The notes beneath the pieces are model-generated. The model saw only the letters and a program-made list of their open reading frames with translations. It was not told the origin of the DNA and ran no database searches. A DNA stretch of 63,918 bases, filler included, from Corallochytrium limacisporum Hawaii (Eukaryota; Protista; Pluriformea), in assembly GCA_002811645.1 (NCBI GenBank). It is 4 parts of 4 records of this genome, joined end to end, with 100 filler letters (N's around TTAATTAATTAA, not from the genome) between each part and the next. Parts side by side here need not be neighbours in the genome. Positions count along the whole stretch, not along the records: positions 23,897 to 43,017 come from PDIP01000028.1; positions 43,118 to 61,563 come from PDIP01000270.1; 2 more parts are not named here. One strand, given 5' to 3'. Position 1 is the first letter of the stretch; the number at the start of each line of letters is the position of its first letter. This document shows, one piece after another, positions 34,059 through 47,300 of the stretch. Both the position numbers and the translations under genes were made by a program.

Positions 34059-35504
34059 TATCGTACCCGATGTTCATTATGATTCCTTCCATCATTTAGG
34101 ATTTCTCTCATGAGGAGAGTGATGTTTTAGATCATGGCCCACCGGGGACCTGTAGAGTGTGAGGATGGTGCTAGGCACTAGAGGTATGATGGTGTGGCCA
34201 ACAATTAGAACTGGAATAGATCCAATAGCGTATAACTGAAAGTGATCTTTAACCTCAGTGTAGGAGGCTACTGCGGTAAATGGAGTTTACCCTCTATGAT
34301 GAGACTTACCAGAAGGAGATCACGGTAGTAAGTAATACCATTGGTACGCAGTAGAAGTATCTTGACAGTCTCAGCAGTTGGGTGCGTGCGAGAATACGAC
34401 GCCTAGCATGGAGCCTCTCCGTGCTCCTTTGCGCTCCTCTAGGATAACGTGTTTAAGAAGTGTAGCAGAGCATTGATGATAACATCTCGAAACCTGCATT
34501 GGAAAGCTCTGGGCGCCTAGACTGCTACGCTCACTTGCTGGTGAGCCTCCCGGAGACCGATGGAGACTCTGTTCAATCGGGTCATACGTCTTGCCTCTGT
34601 GTCTCAGGGGGTCCACATGACGTAACTGTCCGTACTGTGCGCACAAAACTGGGCTGGCTCGCAATCGACAGACACCCGGGTCGTTGGGCACAGGAGAACA
34701 AACAGGTTGCTTGGTAGCAGGCACCAAAGTCCATGTGGTGTGCTATTGCTGTGCAAAGGGACCCGCTCTCGCGGATCCCCCTCCTGCGCGTCTTGTTGCA
34801 ATACGGCAGTGGTACTCTGCCGCCCGCTGTGCAGATACTCTTTGGAATTCTCATTTTTTTTTTTCGCTTTCATTCCTTACCAAACACGGCCCCCTTCCCC
34901 GGGGCGCGCGCCCCCCCCCCGGGGGGGGGAAAGCATAGTGTTGTCCAATGTTTTTTTTCTCATACTCGAACGTGGGCCTCGATTTCACCTGACTGTGCGC
35001 TTTCTTTCAATGGGATCCTCGATGGACTGTCGTGTTTGGTAGGTGCGCGTTACCACAGTACCATTTGAGTGGAAACAGAGTGTTGTTGGCATATGGATTG
35101 GTGTTCTGCAAAGTTTCGGAAAATCGGTGGCGGATAACTGGCAGAGTGGGTAGACATTTAACTCTTGCTTGTTTCGGAAAGGTTCGCCACCCTGAACTAC
35201 CTCGGCACCACTGCCGTCGCTGTCAGTTGTCACCGGCCACCTGAAGTATCCTTAGGGTATTTGGACAGGTTTTACGTAAATCACTATCAATGCGTGCGCA
35301 GCTACTTTGACCGCGGTTTAGTACATTGAGTATAAAAATGACCCTTCCTCATGGAGAGAACAATTTCGTCTGATCATGTTTTTGTTCCTCGAACGGCCGG
35401 CTCTCTTCTCTCGGAGAGCCGTTTCTGGAGGCGATGGACATATCTGACAAGGGCGCGCACCTTGGTAGCAGGTCCAGTAGGAGTAAACGCCCTGCCAAAG
35501 AGGA

Positions 35505-35800
35505 GATGAGAGGAAGCGTTCCGCTTCAGTAGGACTCATTAAAGCAGGCATGGAGGGAGATCGAGTCTGTTACACATTGCCATAGGCTGTTGTTGCATAT
35601 AAAGTCACTGAGTACATCTCCTACGACTGGCTGTACCAGTGAGTGGAGTTCAAGTTACTGCAGGGCGTCCAAGCCAACTCTGTCTTCTTATTCAACTCCT
35701 TCCCCCACAAATTCTGCATACAAACAGGCAGGAGAGGCAAGTACAGCTCTTCGATGCGGAAGAAAGATGAGTCGCAGGCACGCAGAGCATTTGCCGACAG
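35505..35800 (+). mobile_element. Possible decayed non-LTR reverse-transcriptase fragment
   Basis: DxxKAFxSV-like (35505, needs indels), FKLLQGVQANSVFLFN and AFAD (35787) in correct order, the last two in one frame. Confidence 0.3.
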
Positions 35801-36073
35801 AAGGCAAGGCAAAGTGAAAGCGCCCAGTGGGCCCCATGGAACCAACACTCCCCCCCCCTCCCCCTCGAGGGGAGGAGGGGAAAGGGCAAGCAGGGGGAGG
35901 AGGTAGCGAGAGGCTGTGACCCTAGTGGCGGCATCGATGGACTGAAGACTCACCGTGATCACTTCACATGGTATCCGTTACGAGGATTGACAGCACTCGG
36001 CATATGATTGAACTCATGGTCTTACAAATGATATCATTTCTTGTGCTTGTTCCCAGTCGCTGTGGCCCGAGCA

Positions 36074-36082
36074 GGTATTTAA
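36074..36082 (+). promoter_or_regulatory. TATA-like motif GGTATTTAA
   Basis: 113 nt upstream of ATG 36187. Confidence 0.6.
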
Positions 36083-36186
36083 TGGAGCCCTTTTCCGATC
36101 CGTTCACACATTGGCAGCATGAAGATCACAGCCAAACAGTAACAAAGGCCAAAGAAGTCTAAAGCACCCAAACCATTCTATTAACC

Positions 36187-36615
36187 ATGCAGTTCCGTAT
36201 TGCTGAGATCGCCCTCATTGCCGCCACCATGATGGCTGGTGTGTCCGCTCAAGATGTCACGGTAGAGGTTACCAATGTATCTTGCATCCAATGGACCTCA
36301 CGTTCTCTATACGGCAGCGTGGAAGTAATCCAGGATGAGCTTTCGCAAAGGGAAGGCCTGGTTGAAAGTCCATTCTCAAAGGTTTCAACCTGGGATGTGG
36401 ACAGCGACGGAATCCTTGTCGAAGCTGGCTCTCAAGTCACTTTTCACCTCTCTGTAGGCTCTGTCTTGGAAAAGTCCAAGGCGGTGACCGCCACTCCGAA
36501 CACTGAGGGAACTATCCGCGTCCGCAGGCGCAAGAACGGGATTTGGTGTGATATCCACTACACAGTGGAAGAGTCCGAAGCTGACGTTGAAGAGGAAGTC
36601 CAAGTTCCTATGTAA
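36187..36615 (+). CDS. Small secreted protein of unknown function
   Basis: aaccATG context, signal peptide ending GVSA, beta-strand-like body with two Cys, acidic tail, upstream motif. Confidence 0.8.
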   Translation: MQFRIAEIALIAATMMAGVSAQDVTVEVTNVSCIQWTSRSLYGSVEVIQDELSQREGLVESPFSKVSTWDVDSDGILVEAGSQVTFHLSVGSVLEKSKAVTATPNTEGTIRVRRRKNGIWCDIHYTVEESEADVEEEVQVPM

Positions 36616-36939
36616 ATGGATACGACCGCCACGTTCCGATCTGACCATACCTTAGCATCTTGTCATGATGTCTTCAAGGAATTCTACTGTAAAGAAATGT
36701 GACCGCTATGCTTTCCGCTCTGACCATACCTTTGCAGTTCTTGTATTGTTTTCGTAGTTTGAGTACATCTCATTGGTTCCGTATTCCGTGAACCACCCCC
36801 TTCTCTAGAGTAGATCATCACAACAATTCACGACTATAATCAATCAACGGAGGTCCGAGGTGATGGAATCCGTCAAGCCGGGTTCCATCTCGGAAATCTA
36901 ATTTCTACCTGGTCTATGCTCGACTGCATTTTGCCGGAG

Positions 36940-38583
36940 CTACTGCGTGGCTAGCTGTCGCAGTTCAACTCCGTCGTCGTCATTACTGTGGTCATTGTTG
37001 GGATCGCTAGAACCGTCCATGTTTGTGTGAGAGACCTTAGGGAGTGGTGAACCACCGAGCTTGGACGGTGGATCTGTGGCCAAGTCAACCGATTTGTATT
37101 GAATCTTGGTTGAAGGCTGTGGCTGTGCCCAGGGTAGCTTCGGCCAAAGAAGCGCAAACAGCATCAGAAGCACACACACTGTCATCATGGCACCCGAAAC
37201 GTAGAATGCAAGGCCGGGGTTGAAGGCAAGGATGGCACCAATGCTTACGGGCCCGACCAATTCACCAATTCCACGACCTGCACCGCTCAGACCGGCGATG
37301 CGTGCTGGATCATAACTCGGAAACCAATCGTGCACCACGGCGCTCTGCATGTAAAACGCACCGGCAAAACAACCAAAAACCATGTTGATGATAATCAGGG
37401 ACACACCGGTGCGGCACGCCGGATAGACATACAAGGCCAGTGCTGCAGAAAACATGGAAAACAAAAAGACGCCTGGACGGCTGGTGCGGTCTCCGATCCA
37501 ACCCAGCAACGGTTTGCCCGCAGCAGCGGCCAAAGATGTGAGTCCGGATGCAAAGGCAGCTAGAGTTGAATCAATGCCATAAATCTCAGCCCACGTTACA
37601 GTGAAGAAGAAGGGGGCGGCATAGCTGTAGGCAAAAAAGACATTGTGCAGGAAGAGCAGGGTGAAGCGTGGTTCCCGGAAAAGGTGCAGGTCCAGGGTGG
37701 ATTGCTTGCGCTGCTTGGGGCGCAGGTCCTCAATCAGCACAAGAGCCAGAGCCAGGAGAATGGCCACACCAATTACGCTTCCTCTCATCGTCACCCGCCA
37801 GCCAACTTGCTTTATCATGTGACTGGCTGTCGGAGCGTAAATGAATCCACCGGTGCCCATCCCGGCCATCGCCCACCCCAACGTGAAGGCCTTCTTGCGC
37901 TGGTACCATTGAATCACAAGTCCCACACTTGGGTACATAATCATGGACATGCCCACACCAACCAATACACCGAAAGTAAAGTACAGTTCCCACAGAGACG
38001 TGACCCATGTGGTCAACAGCATTCCAGCCAAAGCCAGCAGTCCACCGATGGCAATGATGCGACGTGTTCCCCAACGACTGCTCCAACCGCCCGCCCATGG
38101 CGCGGCACCGGCCCTGAGTGCTAGAGCCAGGGCACCGGGCCAGGCCACCAGGGATACACTCGCATTCAAGTCCTCCGAAATGCGCGGAAGGTACACACCC
38201 CAAGTCTGCGAGAGGGCACCAATGATCATGAATGTGAGGAAGCCAGCGACAACTTGGTTGATTCCGGCCTTAGTGTCTACCAGGCGCTCACGGCTGTGGA
38301 CCAGATTGTCGGAATCGCTGCGATACAGGGAAATGTTCGCATCATTATGGAAAGAATGGTTACCATCTGATGCAAAAGAATCTCTGTATGCAATGTTCCC
38401 ATTTTTCAGTCTCATTTGCCAGGTTCGATTTTTGATGCCTATGTTGGACGATTCTGTGATGGATGACCGCTGGACCGCGGTGATGTGGGGAATGTGGTCC
38501 GGTACGGTGGGTCCTGCGACCACAGCATAGTTATCAACGCGATCCCAGGCTGAGATACTTTCCATTCTGTAAGCTGTACTCAT
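36940..38583 (-). CDS. MFS transporter, monocarboxylate (SLC16/MCT)-like
   Basis: Multiple TM helices, RWGTRR and GWIGDRTSR MFS loops, LYFTFGVLVGVG and QWYQRKKA motifs; start 38583 preferred over 38625 (A at -3, GGTATAAAT 120 nt upstream). Confidence 0.92.
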   Translation of the reverse strand: MSTAYRMESISAWDRVDNYAVVAGPTVPDHIPHITAVQRSSITESSNIGIKNRTWQMRLKNGNIAYRDSFASDGNHSFHNDANISLYRSDSDNLVHSRERLVDTKAGINQVVAGFLTFMIIGALSQTWGVYLPRISEDLNASVSLVAWPGALALALRAGAAPWAGGWSSRWGTRRIIAIGGLLALAGMLLTTWVTSLWELYFTFGVLVGVGMSMIMYPSVGLVIQWYQRKKAFTLGWAMAGMGTGGFIYAPTASHMIKQVGWRVTMRGSVIGVAILLALALVLIEDLRPKQRKQSTLDLHLFREPRFTLLFLHNVFFAYSYAAPFFFTVTWAEIYGIDSTLAAFASGLTSLAAAAGKPLLGWIGDRTSRPGVFLFSMFSAALALYVYPACRTGVSLIIINMVFGCFAGAFYMQSAVVHDWFPSYDPARIAGLSGAGRGIGELVGPVSIGAILAFNPGLAFYVSGAMMTVCVLLMLFALLWPKLPWAQPQPSTKIQYKSVDLATDPPSKLGGSPLPKVSHTNMDGSSDPNNDHSNDDDGVELRQLATQ

Positions 38584-39377
38584 TATAAATGCATGATGTG
38601 AGTACGTGCAAAGGCTCGATTGCATGAATTGCTTTGATGCTCTTTTGATTCATTTCAGTCTATGCCTGTCATTTCCTTCCTAACAATGCGTGGTATTTAT
38701 ACCCAGTTCTAAATTCAAATCCTGAACAGACCGCTACTGAGGAAGAAAATCTAAGAGAAAGGACAGATGCCCACACATGGTGTGAGCACAGATGCAACAA
38801 AAGATCACCACAGTGTCGGGCAAACAAGGAAACGAACCTACGGAAACCCGGGCCCCGGGGGGGGGGGAAAGGGGCCCGGGGAGAAAGTGTGGCAACGGGC
38901 GATGGGCGAAGTGGAAATGCTAGGCACGTCGCTATTGACTGTGCCTTGGCTGTGGGTTGGGAGAGTATTCAGTTGCCAATACCTCCTCCTAGTATGCCGT
39001 GAGGGCGAGGAGGGGGTGGGGGAGGTGAATACCGACAGAAACAACGCGGCAGTATCTGTCTGCGGGTCAGGATTTTCCAAGGGCGTGTTCGGTCTTGGTG
39101 GACTTTGCATCCCACTGAGATTGTGCTGGAGTGAAGCACTGAGGGATTCTCTGGTCAGCGTCAGAGTCTTGTAGATCTGTCTTGGGGCAGAATGTGTTGG
39201 TACCGAATTGCCTCATACTGCCATTGCAAACGTATACACATCCGAACAAGGATGTGAAGCATTTGTGCTTCAGGACCCAGGAGGTCATCGCCATAGGATT
39301 CGATGTCCCGTCCCCTGCCAGCCATTCCGTTACACACGCCTCCAAGAAATACAAGAAAATCATGAGCTCACCAGTGA

Positions 39378-39382
<5 letters not shown>

Positions 39383-39414
<32 letters not shown>
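39383..39414. repeat. (CA)n microsatellite
   Basis: Direct reading. Confidence 0.95.
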
Positions 39415-39416
<2 letters not shown>

Positions 39417-41340
39417 GACAACTACTGCTGATAGAATGAGCACGAAACGCAGGGGAGGGAAAGGGGCCCCTGGACTCACGGTACAGAGGGCCGAAGTAGA
39501 ATCAGATAAACCAACGAGAGCAATGAAAACAAAAGGAAAAAGAAAGGCGAATCAGGTGTAGAAAAAGGAGGGGATCAGGCCAAACAGAAACTGAGGGTGT
39601 CTTCTGATGTCCCTCCCGCTTTGATGTGCTTGCGCTGCCTTGGAACCGGAGACAGGAAGGGCAAGGTGCCACACCACGCACGGGGGTGTGGGGACCCAAT
39701 ACGGAAAAAAAAAATAGAGCCCAAGCAAATATGAATTACACTTCGGATAGTATTGCGGTGTTTTACTCCGGCATTGCGCACGTCCAGCACTAGTCAGCAA
39801 TGCCAGAAGGAGGTTCCCGATCATGTATTATCATCCTGCAACCTACATATATCATACATGGTGGGCATGGTGAATTGGAGTTACTGAGGCATTATCCGGA
39901 TTCTGTCAAACATGCCAAGAAATAACGGCTGGCGACGCAACCCCTATTGTAGTATGGTTACAATTCAATGTACCACCCCGCTTTCTTGAGATTCTGTGGT
40001 CCCTAGACAGGCCTTCTGACGCCCTCTGCCCGCAGTTCCTACGGTCCATGCACCGCCATTCCTGCGGTCCACGCACCGCCATTCCTGGTAAAGGAAGAGG
40101 AAAAAAATAAATCTTACGATAGTAACTGGAAAATCAAAATACCTCTATATCCTGATTCCTATGCTCTTGACGTTGGTTGCCACAAACACGTCAAACCCGA
40201 AGAGGGCGGAAGGTGAGGAGGGACCAGGATGTGAACTGGCGCAAGCACGCATCCCGGGCTACGTAATGTCAATGTGAAGGGTTCCTACCCTAGATCTGAG
40301 ATTGTCCACACACAGCGAACACCCCGGGGGAGGGGGGAGGTTTGGTGAGCGGCGCGGGAAACCGTTGTGGAGAGCGCCAAACGGTACCTTCGGGATTGTA
40401 AGGGCCGTATCGATTTCGAGGCATCAGTTGGGCATCATCTTGAAATTAATTGGACTCGATGTGGTAAAGTCTGAAGGCACCACCCTTCACGAAATCGGTC
40501 TCCGTTCCTAACAAACAATCAAATAAGCACACCTATAGGGGGTTCCTGTCCCGTTTTCACCCACAGAGCATGTCCACCATGGAAACGACATCGCAGCGGA
40601 TGGCAGTAAGGTGCACAACTTCCATGGGCCTCTCTTGAACACTATCCGCCACTACAAATCACATCCGACATGTCATGAATACGCAAGTTGTCAATGACTC
40701 TAGACCAGAAATAGGTCAATAAGTTGAATTCTATCCAGGGTGACGGAAGTTTTTACCTTTAATCGTTCGTTGCAATTACCATGGTATGTATCAACATCTG
40801 TGATCCTTCACGTCGTTTGTCGCTGCCTTGGTCCTGCCCCCGGGAGGGGGGTTGGGTGACTCCCTCGGAGACCTGCCAAATCAAGTCATTTCATGAAATT
40901 GAATACTGAACAGTGCAAGACTCGTTTGGACTAGGTTGTGGATTCTATAATCTCTCGTACGTTCCAGAGTATGTCCTTCACAACCTAGGACACAGACTTG
41001 GTATTGAAGATGATCGGCACCGGTCTTGGACCATCGATGGCGCTTGCGGCAAGTGCAGCTTGGTCTTGATTGGTATATAGAAAAACTTGGGACTCAGACG
41101 GCACTATATACAACAGTGCGAGCTATGAGACGTGACCCATGTTGAATCTGGTATCAGGAGATGCGGTGCGATTCAAATACTCTCTTTTCATGGTGAACCA
41201 CGGGCCCACCCCACAAAAAACTTGCTGGAAAGAGTCGATAGATGAGATGGATTTCCATGACTACCACCCCTGGTGTCATGCACAAGAAGCATGCACTTCA
41301 TGGCAGTACCCATTTACCCCAGAAAAGTATCAGCTCCTCC

Positions 41341-41583
41341 TCACAGATGATAGCACAGCCAGCAACCATCGGTACAAGTGTCGGGGCAGTTGTAATCACC
41401 AGGTTTCTGCCAACTACAGTGAGCGTTCATTCCTTCGCAGAAATCATTACACTGTGCTTCAGTTGGACAGGTGTAAGCCGGCGCAGCTAAACCAGGAACG
41501 CCAGGAGCAGCCGCTGGGCCTGCACTAGCAATGCTTGCCATGGCCAGCAGAAGCATGGATGAAAAAGCAATCAGTTGAGTCAT
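41341..41583 (-). CDS. Secreted single-module 8-Cys peptide, paralogue of 2752-3306
   Basis: MTQLIAFSSMLLLAMA...GPAAAPGVPGLAA then TCP...C...C...AHCS...C...CTDGCWLC; homologous upstream DNA. Confidence 0.88.
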   Translation of the reverse strand: MTQLIAFSSMLLLAMASIASAGPAAAPGVPGLAAPAYTCPTEAQCNDFCEGMNAHCSWQKPGDYNCPDTCTDGCWLCYHL

Positions 41584-43017
41584 TTTTGAATTAGCTAGTA
41601 ACGATAAAATGATAGACGAAGTCTTGATCAAACCCTTTCGAGAGGTCTATGAGATCGTCTTCAGGATCTTTAAGTACCCTTGCCAGACCCATCGCCAACT
41701 TCCACTTTATCTTGACCTGGATTCTCACGCCAAAGACTGATTGTACATGTTACTTGAATACTCCGTCGCTCCTTCCATTGGAACAGTAAACGAGTCTAGT
41801 CGATTTTATGCACTGCAGTATTCGCGGCACGACGGGAACAACGGCCCTTCCCCCTCCCCCCCCTTTGCCGACATAGTCGGCAGAAGATAAAACCACCGGC
41901 ACTTGTAGTCCACCAAAGGTTGATGACCTAGTCTTACGCTACCAAGTATGGTTAGGACCTGAAGCTCGCCCTCCTTTTTATCATGCGAAAGAGAGAATGA
42001 TTGAAGAGCTCTTGATCTAGCCTTCACACATAAGGTATTTACCTCTATTTGATTTGAAGAGGGTGTGACCTAGCTGTTTGAACATTTGTCATTGACTTGG
42101 AAGACATCTATGGACACACCTCGCTTTGTTCGGACGTTACGCCTCAAGGACACGATACCGATGTAACAATGACGTTGTTCATTTACAACCAACCTTCCGT
42201 CAGTGTCGGTTTCGTACTTCGTCATCAACCTGGCACCTAGCCGCGCCTTGAACCCGGCTCAACACAGTTGACGAAGCGGAGCATACAATCGAAACAAGAG
42301 GCGGCAATTTAGAGATGTTTCCAACAAACAAGAATCACACAGAGTCTACTAAGGGGGTAGCGGCGAATGTACTGGTAAGAGTAGCCCCGGAGCAGTAAGC
42401 TCCAAACCTAAGTTTTGTCCTTCCATGCCTACGCTTTGCAAGATCTGTGAACGTTGTGCCAAACCGTATGTAACAATTGCCATTTGCGAAAGAGATCAAC
42501 CTTTGATAAAATCCACCCGCGACCCATTTACCAGTTGTGTTTTTCATTGGAAATCGCATGGGGCAATTGCATAAGAAAGAAAAGGTTCATGTCCTGTACA
42601 GCACCGTATAAGCTAAAACTTTGAGCATGGAAAGAAACCGTACAAACAAGGACCAAGGGTAATCGTTTGGGAACCAGGAGAGGTTTTCTTCTCCTAGTAA
42701 TCATCTTCACTAACAGGTATCATACACTGACAATCACATTCTATTTACTGGGGCTTCGGGTTTGGTTAGTGTCCATGCACAGCTACTCCATTTTGCCTGA
42801 CCACAGTTCTGTCGATAGCCGAATGGCAACGGTCCGTGTCCGATTTAGCTTTCTGTATGTTATATTGTTGGTTTCTAATTTAAGTCCCTTTTCCGACGAA
42901 TGTTTGTTTGATCGAGGACATTTATTTACTATCCTCTGCGTCGAAATATTGCTCCAAATCACATTTAATCAACCGGAATAAGGAGGGAGGGAGAAATTCG
43001 CGCCAACCGAGTTCAAA

Positions 43018-43117
43018 NNNNNNNNNNNNNNNNNNNNNNNNNNNNNNNNNNNNNNNNNNNNTTAATTAATTAANNNNNNNNNNNNNNNNNNNNNNNNNNN
43101 NNNNNNNNNNNNNNNNN
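43018..43117. other. Assembly gap with artificial spacer
   Basis: N44-ttaattaattaa-N44. Confidence 0.98.
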
Positions 43118-44160
43118 CCGCCCACCGCACCCCCCCCTCCTCCCTTCCTCCAGGGAAGATTTGTTGTGCGTGGTTGCGTCAAAAATCTTTTCGGCCTCGA
43201 GGAAGGCAGGAGGCAAGAAAAGTGGAAACGATCTGCGGTTCATTCAGTACCACTCTCGTTTCCCTTTTTATTCGTTTCGTTCCCGGTGCCTCTCACCGGG
43301 GCTCCCGTGTTCTCCACGGCCGGCCCCTCCTCTCTCCCTGTCCGTCCGTGTCCCGCTGCTGTGTCGTGAGTGGCGGTGGGTGTCCAAGCGGGGGCCCCAA
43401 GGTCTCTTTCCTCTTCCTTTTTTTTTTCTTTCTCAATATTTTCATCCTGCGGTGGAAGAAGTCCCGGTTTCTTAAGTGCTTTTCTTCTGTTCTTGTTGTT
43501 TTGGGTCCGTACGTGCGTGCTGCAGTGTCTCCGCCTTCTTCCACTTTTTCGCTTAGCCCCCCCCCCCCTGCGGGCAAAGTTTACGCAGAAATTGCAAGCG
43601 GGAGTGGCGGCGCCCCGCCGGAGGGCGGGGGTGTAGGTCCATTAAAAAAATACCAGGAAAAATTGAGAATGAATGTTTGAAACGCTGGCGGACGCGAGAG
43701 GGAAGAGAATCCAAAGCAAAAAAGAAAAAGAAAAAAGGACCGTGCGTTGGGCTGCGCGGCGAGGTGAGAGAGAGAGAGAGAGAGAAAGAAAAGAGGGAAG
43801 GAAGGAAGGAAGGAAGGAAAAGGGGGGGGAGGGAGGAGGGGGATGGACAGAGCAACGAAGAAGTTAACAAAGCCTGACGGCCGTTTTTGGATCCAATCCG
43901 TCCCGAAGGGTTTTTTCTTTATTCCTTTCAGTGCCTTTTCATTCATGGACCGCCGCACTCCGAGGGCCCAACTCTTGTCTTTTCTATTTTTGTTAGTTTT
44001 GGGTGCCTGCTTTTTTGTTGGTCCCCCCCCCCTCCTTCCCCTGCTGCAAAAATGTCGGAGGTCGTGGCCGGTGGTGGTGGTGGTGCTCTGGTTTGAAAGA
44101 CCAATTAAAAAGCCCCGACGAACTCCAAAGGAAAAAAAGAAAAAAGGAGGAGGAAACGAT

Positions 44161-44310
<150 letters not shown>

Positions 44311-47300
44311 GGCAGGCCAGACAGAGGGAAAATATATGGAGCCGACAAAGAGAGCGAATTCCGCTTGCCATCGTCATGGCGCACACCACCATCAGATTAC
44401 ACACGCCACAGCAGGTTTCTTTCAGTTTATTTCAGTTTATCAATTGTCCAGTTCCTCCTCTAGGTCTCATGTCGTTCATGAGTACCTTCATGGTTGCACT
44501 TTCTTTCTTTGGTCTCTCCAGTATCCATTTAGTCCACTTGCTTGTGCGCCCAATCTAGATCCCCTGCAGAAACCAATCTCTTTCGACCGGACTTGCGAGC
44601 GCAAGATAGCAGATCTTGTATCGTTGTTGCGTCTCTCCGCTTGCCCTTACCGTCCGAACCTGATGCGACTAGAAGCACGGGCAGTAGTAATCAGTGCGCT
44701 AAACTTTCAAAGCAAGTAGCGAAACACCGAATCGTCAACTTCATGTTGTCTCTATTCCATCCTTGTCCTACATACCCTCCATTCATCACTCGCTACCATA
44801 CCGCCAATTCCAAGTAGCTGCCATGAATGGACACAACACAATGCGCACTCGAAATGGGTGTTGCAATCTGTAGCATCGAACAGAAAGCTCCATCACTGAC
44901 CTCATCAACCATGATGCTCATCTATCAACCAGTCTCATCTTGGCCTTGGTAGCTCCGCTCGCCTACCATACACCATGCTCTGCATGTATGTCTTTCTGCT
45001 TGCTTTTGAGCCTTGCAGCAAATGATAGGTCTACGCATTACATTTGCCGCACTGCTGATTCTATGTGATGATGCGCAGCAGTGACCATACGTACTCTACT
45101 CATCAGGTTCCCCGCGACCGTTGATGACAAGCACTAAACAAATCTGGTTATGAAAGCTAACATTGTGACGCCACGAGAATAGAGTGGTGATGCTCACTGA
45201 TGAATGGAATCACAGTAGGGTGCCCACCATATCGTTCGTTTCTTCCGTTTCGTCCACAACTGACAATTCTTTACCTATCTTGGAGCGGGAAATCTTGGGA
45301 ACGCAAACGAACGCGGGATCCCTCTTACAATCGCAAACACAACCAAATATGGCCCCCGTAGAGATGAAACACCAGTCGACCGGGCGGCACTGTGTCTTTT
45401 TATTTGGTAGGGGTGGGGTGCTCGGTCCTCTGTACTGCTGCTGTCGTTGGAGGGTTGTTAATACTACCACTACCAATGAAACCAGCCAACGTCTGCACAA
45501 AACGAGAGATGTGGGAAATGCGAGAACTCATGGAGATGCTCAGCTGGTGGTGGTGACGGTAAAGGGTCAATGGTGGACGAATACTTGGTATTGGTGTCAC
45601 AAGATGTGGGAAATAGGAGAGCAGAAGAAATTCCAAACGGGTATGTTTGTTAGTGGTGACGGCGGTGCCGGCGTTGGTGGGTCGCGCGTAGATGTGTTGA
45701 GTTTGTCGTCGGACCGCGGACCCGGAGTGTCCACAAGCATGCTTACGTGGTCGACTTGAGGGTACATATTTCAGGGCCGTTTACACATAATTGTATGTCC
45801 GAGCCTATATGTAATCTCAAGTGTTCATGTGCCTGTGTGGTCCGTCGGGATAGGTCAACTAGGCCACTGCTTCTGCTTGTTCTTGCAAGGTTTGGGGGTT
45901 TCTGCATTGTGGTCTCAGCTATCATCAAAAGAGTTTCAGTTTGACCCTTTCTACGTAGATGTGCTCAATCTTTTGCCAATTCATGCATCTGACACAAGTC
46001 CGTGGTACTCCATCAGTGCCCTCGCCCGCATGTTGTGTGCCTTTCGTACGTCACTTTATCCTAACTTCCTTTGCTTTACATCGCGCACTCTACCTCAGGG
46101 CAGACTTCAGTATCAAGAATGTTGTTATTGAATGTTGTTCCGGGGTTTTCATCTGATGACAGCGCAGTCACCAGCACGGGGCATGCATCCACGAGGCGTA
46201 CCAATGAGGATGTTGACAACGGAAATTCCCTTGCTACACACACACTCTCACTCTCTCTCTCTCTCACTTTGGATTCTGATTGCATCAGTAGAATGTAGTA
46301 GGAATGGGGTGTGAGACAAAAGTTTCCTGAAAACCCCTGCACGACCGAGACAAGCAGTGAAGCCTTGGACAACCCAGAGTGAGGCTGTGGAACGTCATGA
46401 TGCCTACTTGTGAGCACGCAAGAAACCCCCGTGATGCTGTAGTGGATGGGGATTCTTTTGGTGAGATATGAGACTGTTATGTGCAGATGAACCAAAACCG
46501 ATCATTGATAAATGTGCGCATTGTTCCACACTCTTCCGTAAATGTGCACCGGTGACGTTGCATAGTCTCTGTGTGAACCACCGGGAGAGTTGTACATGAG
46601 TTGCGGGCAAAAACTTTACGAAAGGGTTGTGCTTTACCCGTTCTTTTTTTGTCACTGAGACGCTGATATTAAATATTGAAGAAAACAATTCTCCACAGTA
46701 GAGAAGCAATTGTAATATTCCAAGGAAATGACGCTTTCAATACCATATGACAGTAGTGGGATGAATTATTTGTTAATAATACAACGGAACGCCCATGTCT
46801 GTGCCTTGGAGGAACCTCTGGCCGGGCCCAAACACTTCCTCCCCGGAAAGGGGGAGGGGGGAGCCCAGTGTTTTCACTTTTTTGAGGGCCTGCAAATCAG
46901 ACTCCCGTTTAACAGTACCGCCACCTGTGTGTACCCCAAACCACACTGATTGGAGTGGCTTTTGACCCAATCTAGGCCCGTGAGTAAAGCCTCAACATTC
47001 TCAATGCCAGATGGCAGACTCCAAAGTCGGGTCACTGAGCGGGAGATTCATGGATCCCCTTAAAATGGCCACTCTCGTTTGGATAAGGGCAGTTTTGGAG
47101 CCACGGGAACCCATCCCAACCCTTTTTCGAGAAGTGTTCACTTCTTTTTTGCGAGGAACCCGAACCCCGCTCCTAGCGGTTTAGCGTTTGGCGGGGACCT
47201 CTGCAGAAGTTTCTATCACAACTCTCTGCCCTCGGCTACAACAACATCTATAGAAGCGAAAATCGGCAACACCAGGGTAGCACATAGTCTAACTTGGTCA

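Noticed and set aside
40036-40086. 23-bp tandem duplication
   Set aside because: Real but an ordinary local slippage event
45829-46131. FYVD and LPQG RT-like words
   Set aside because: Wrong order for a reverse transcriptase
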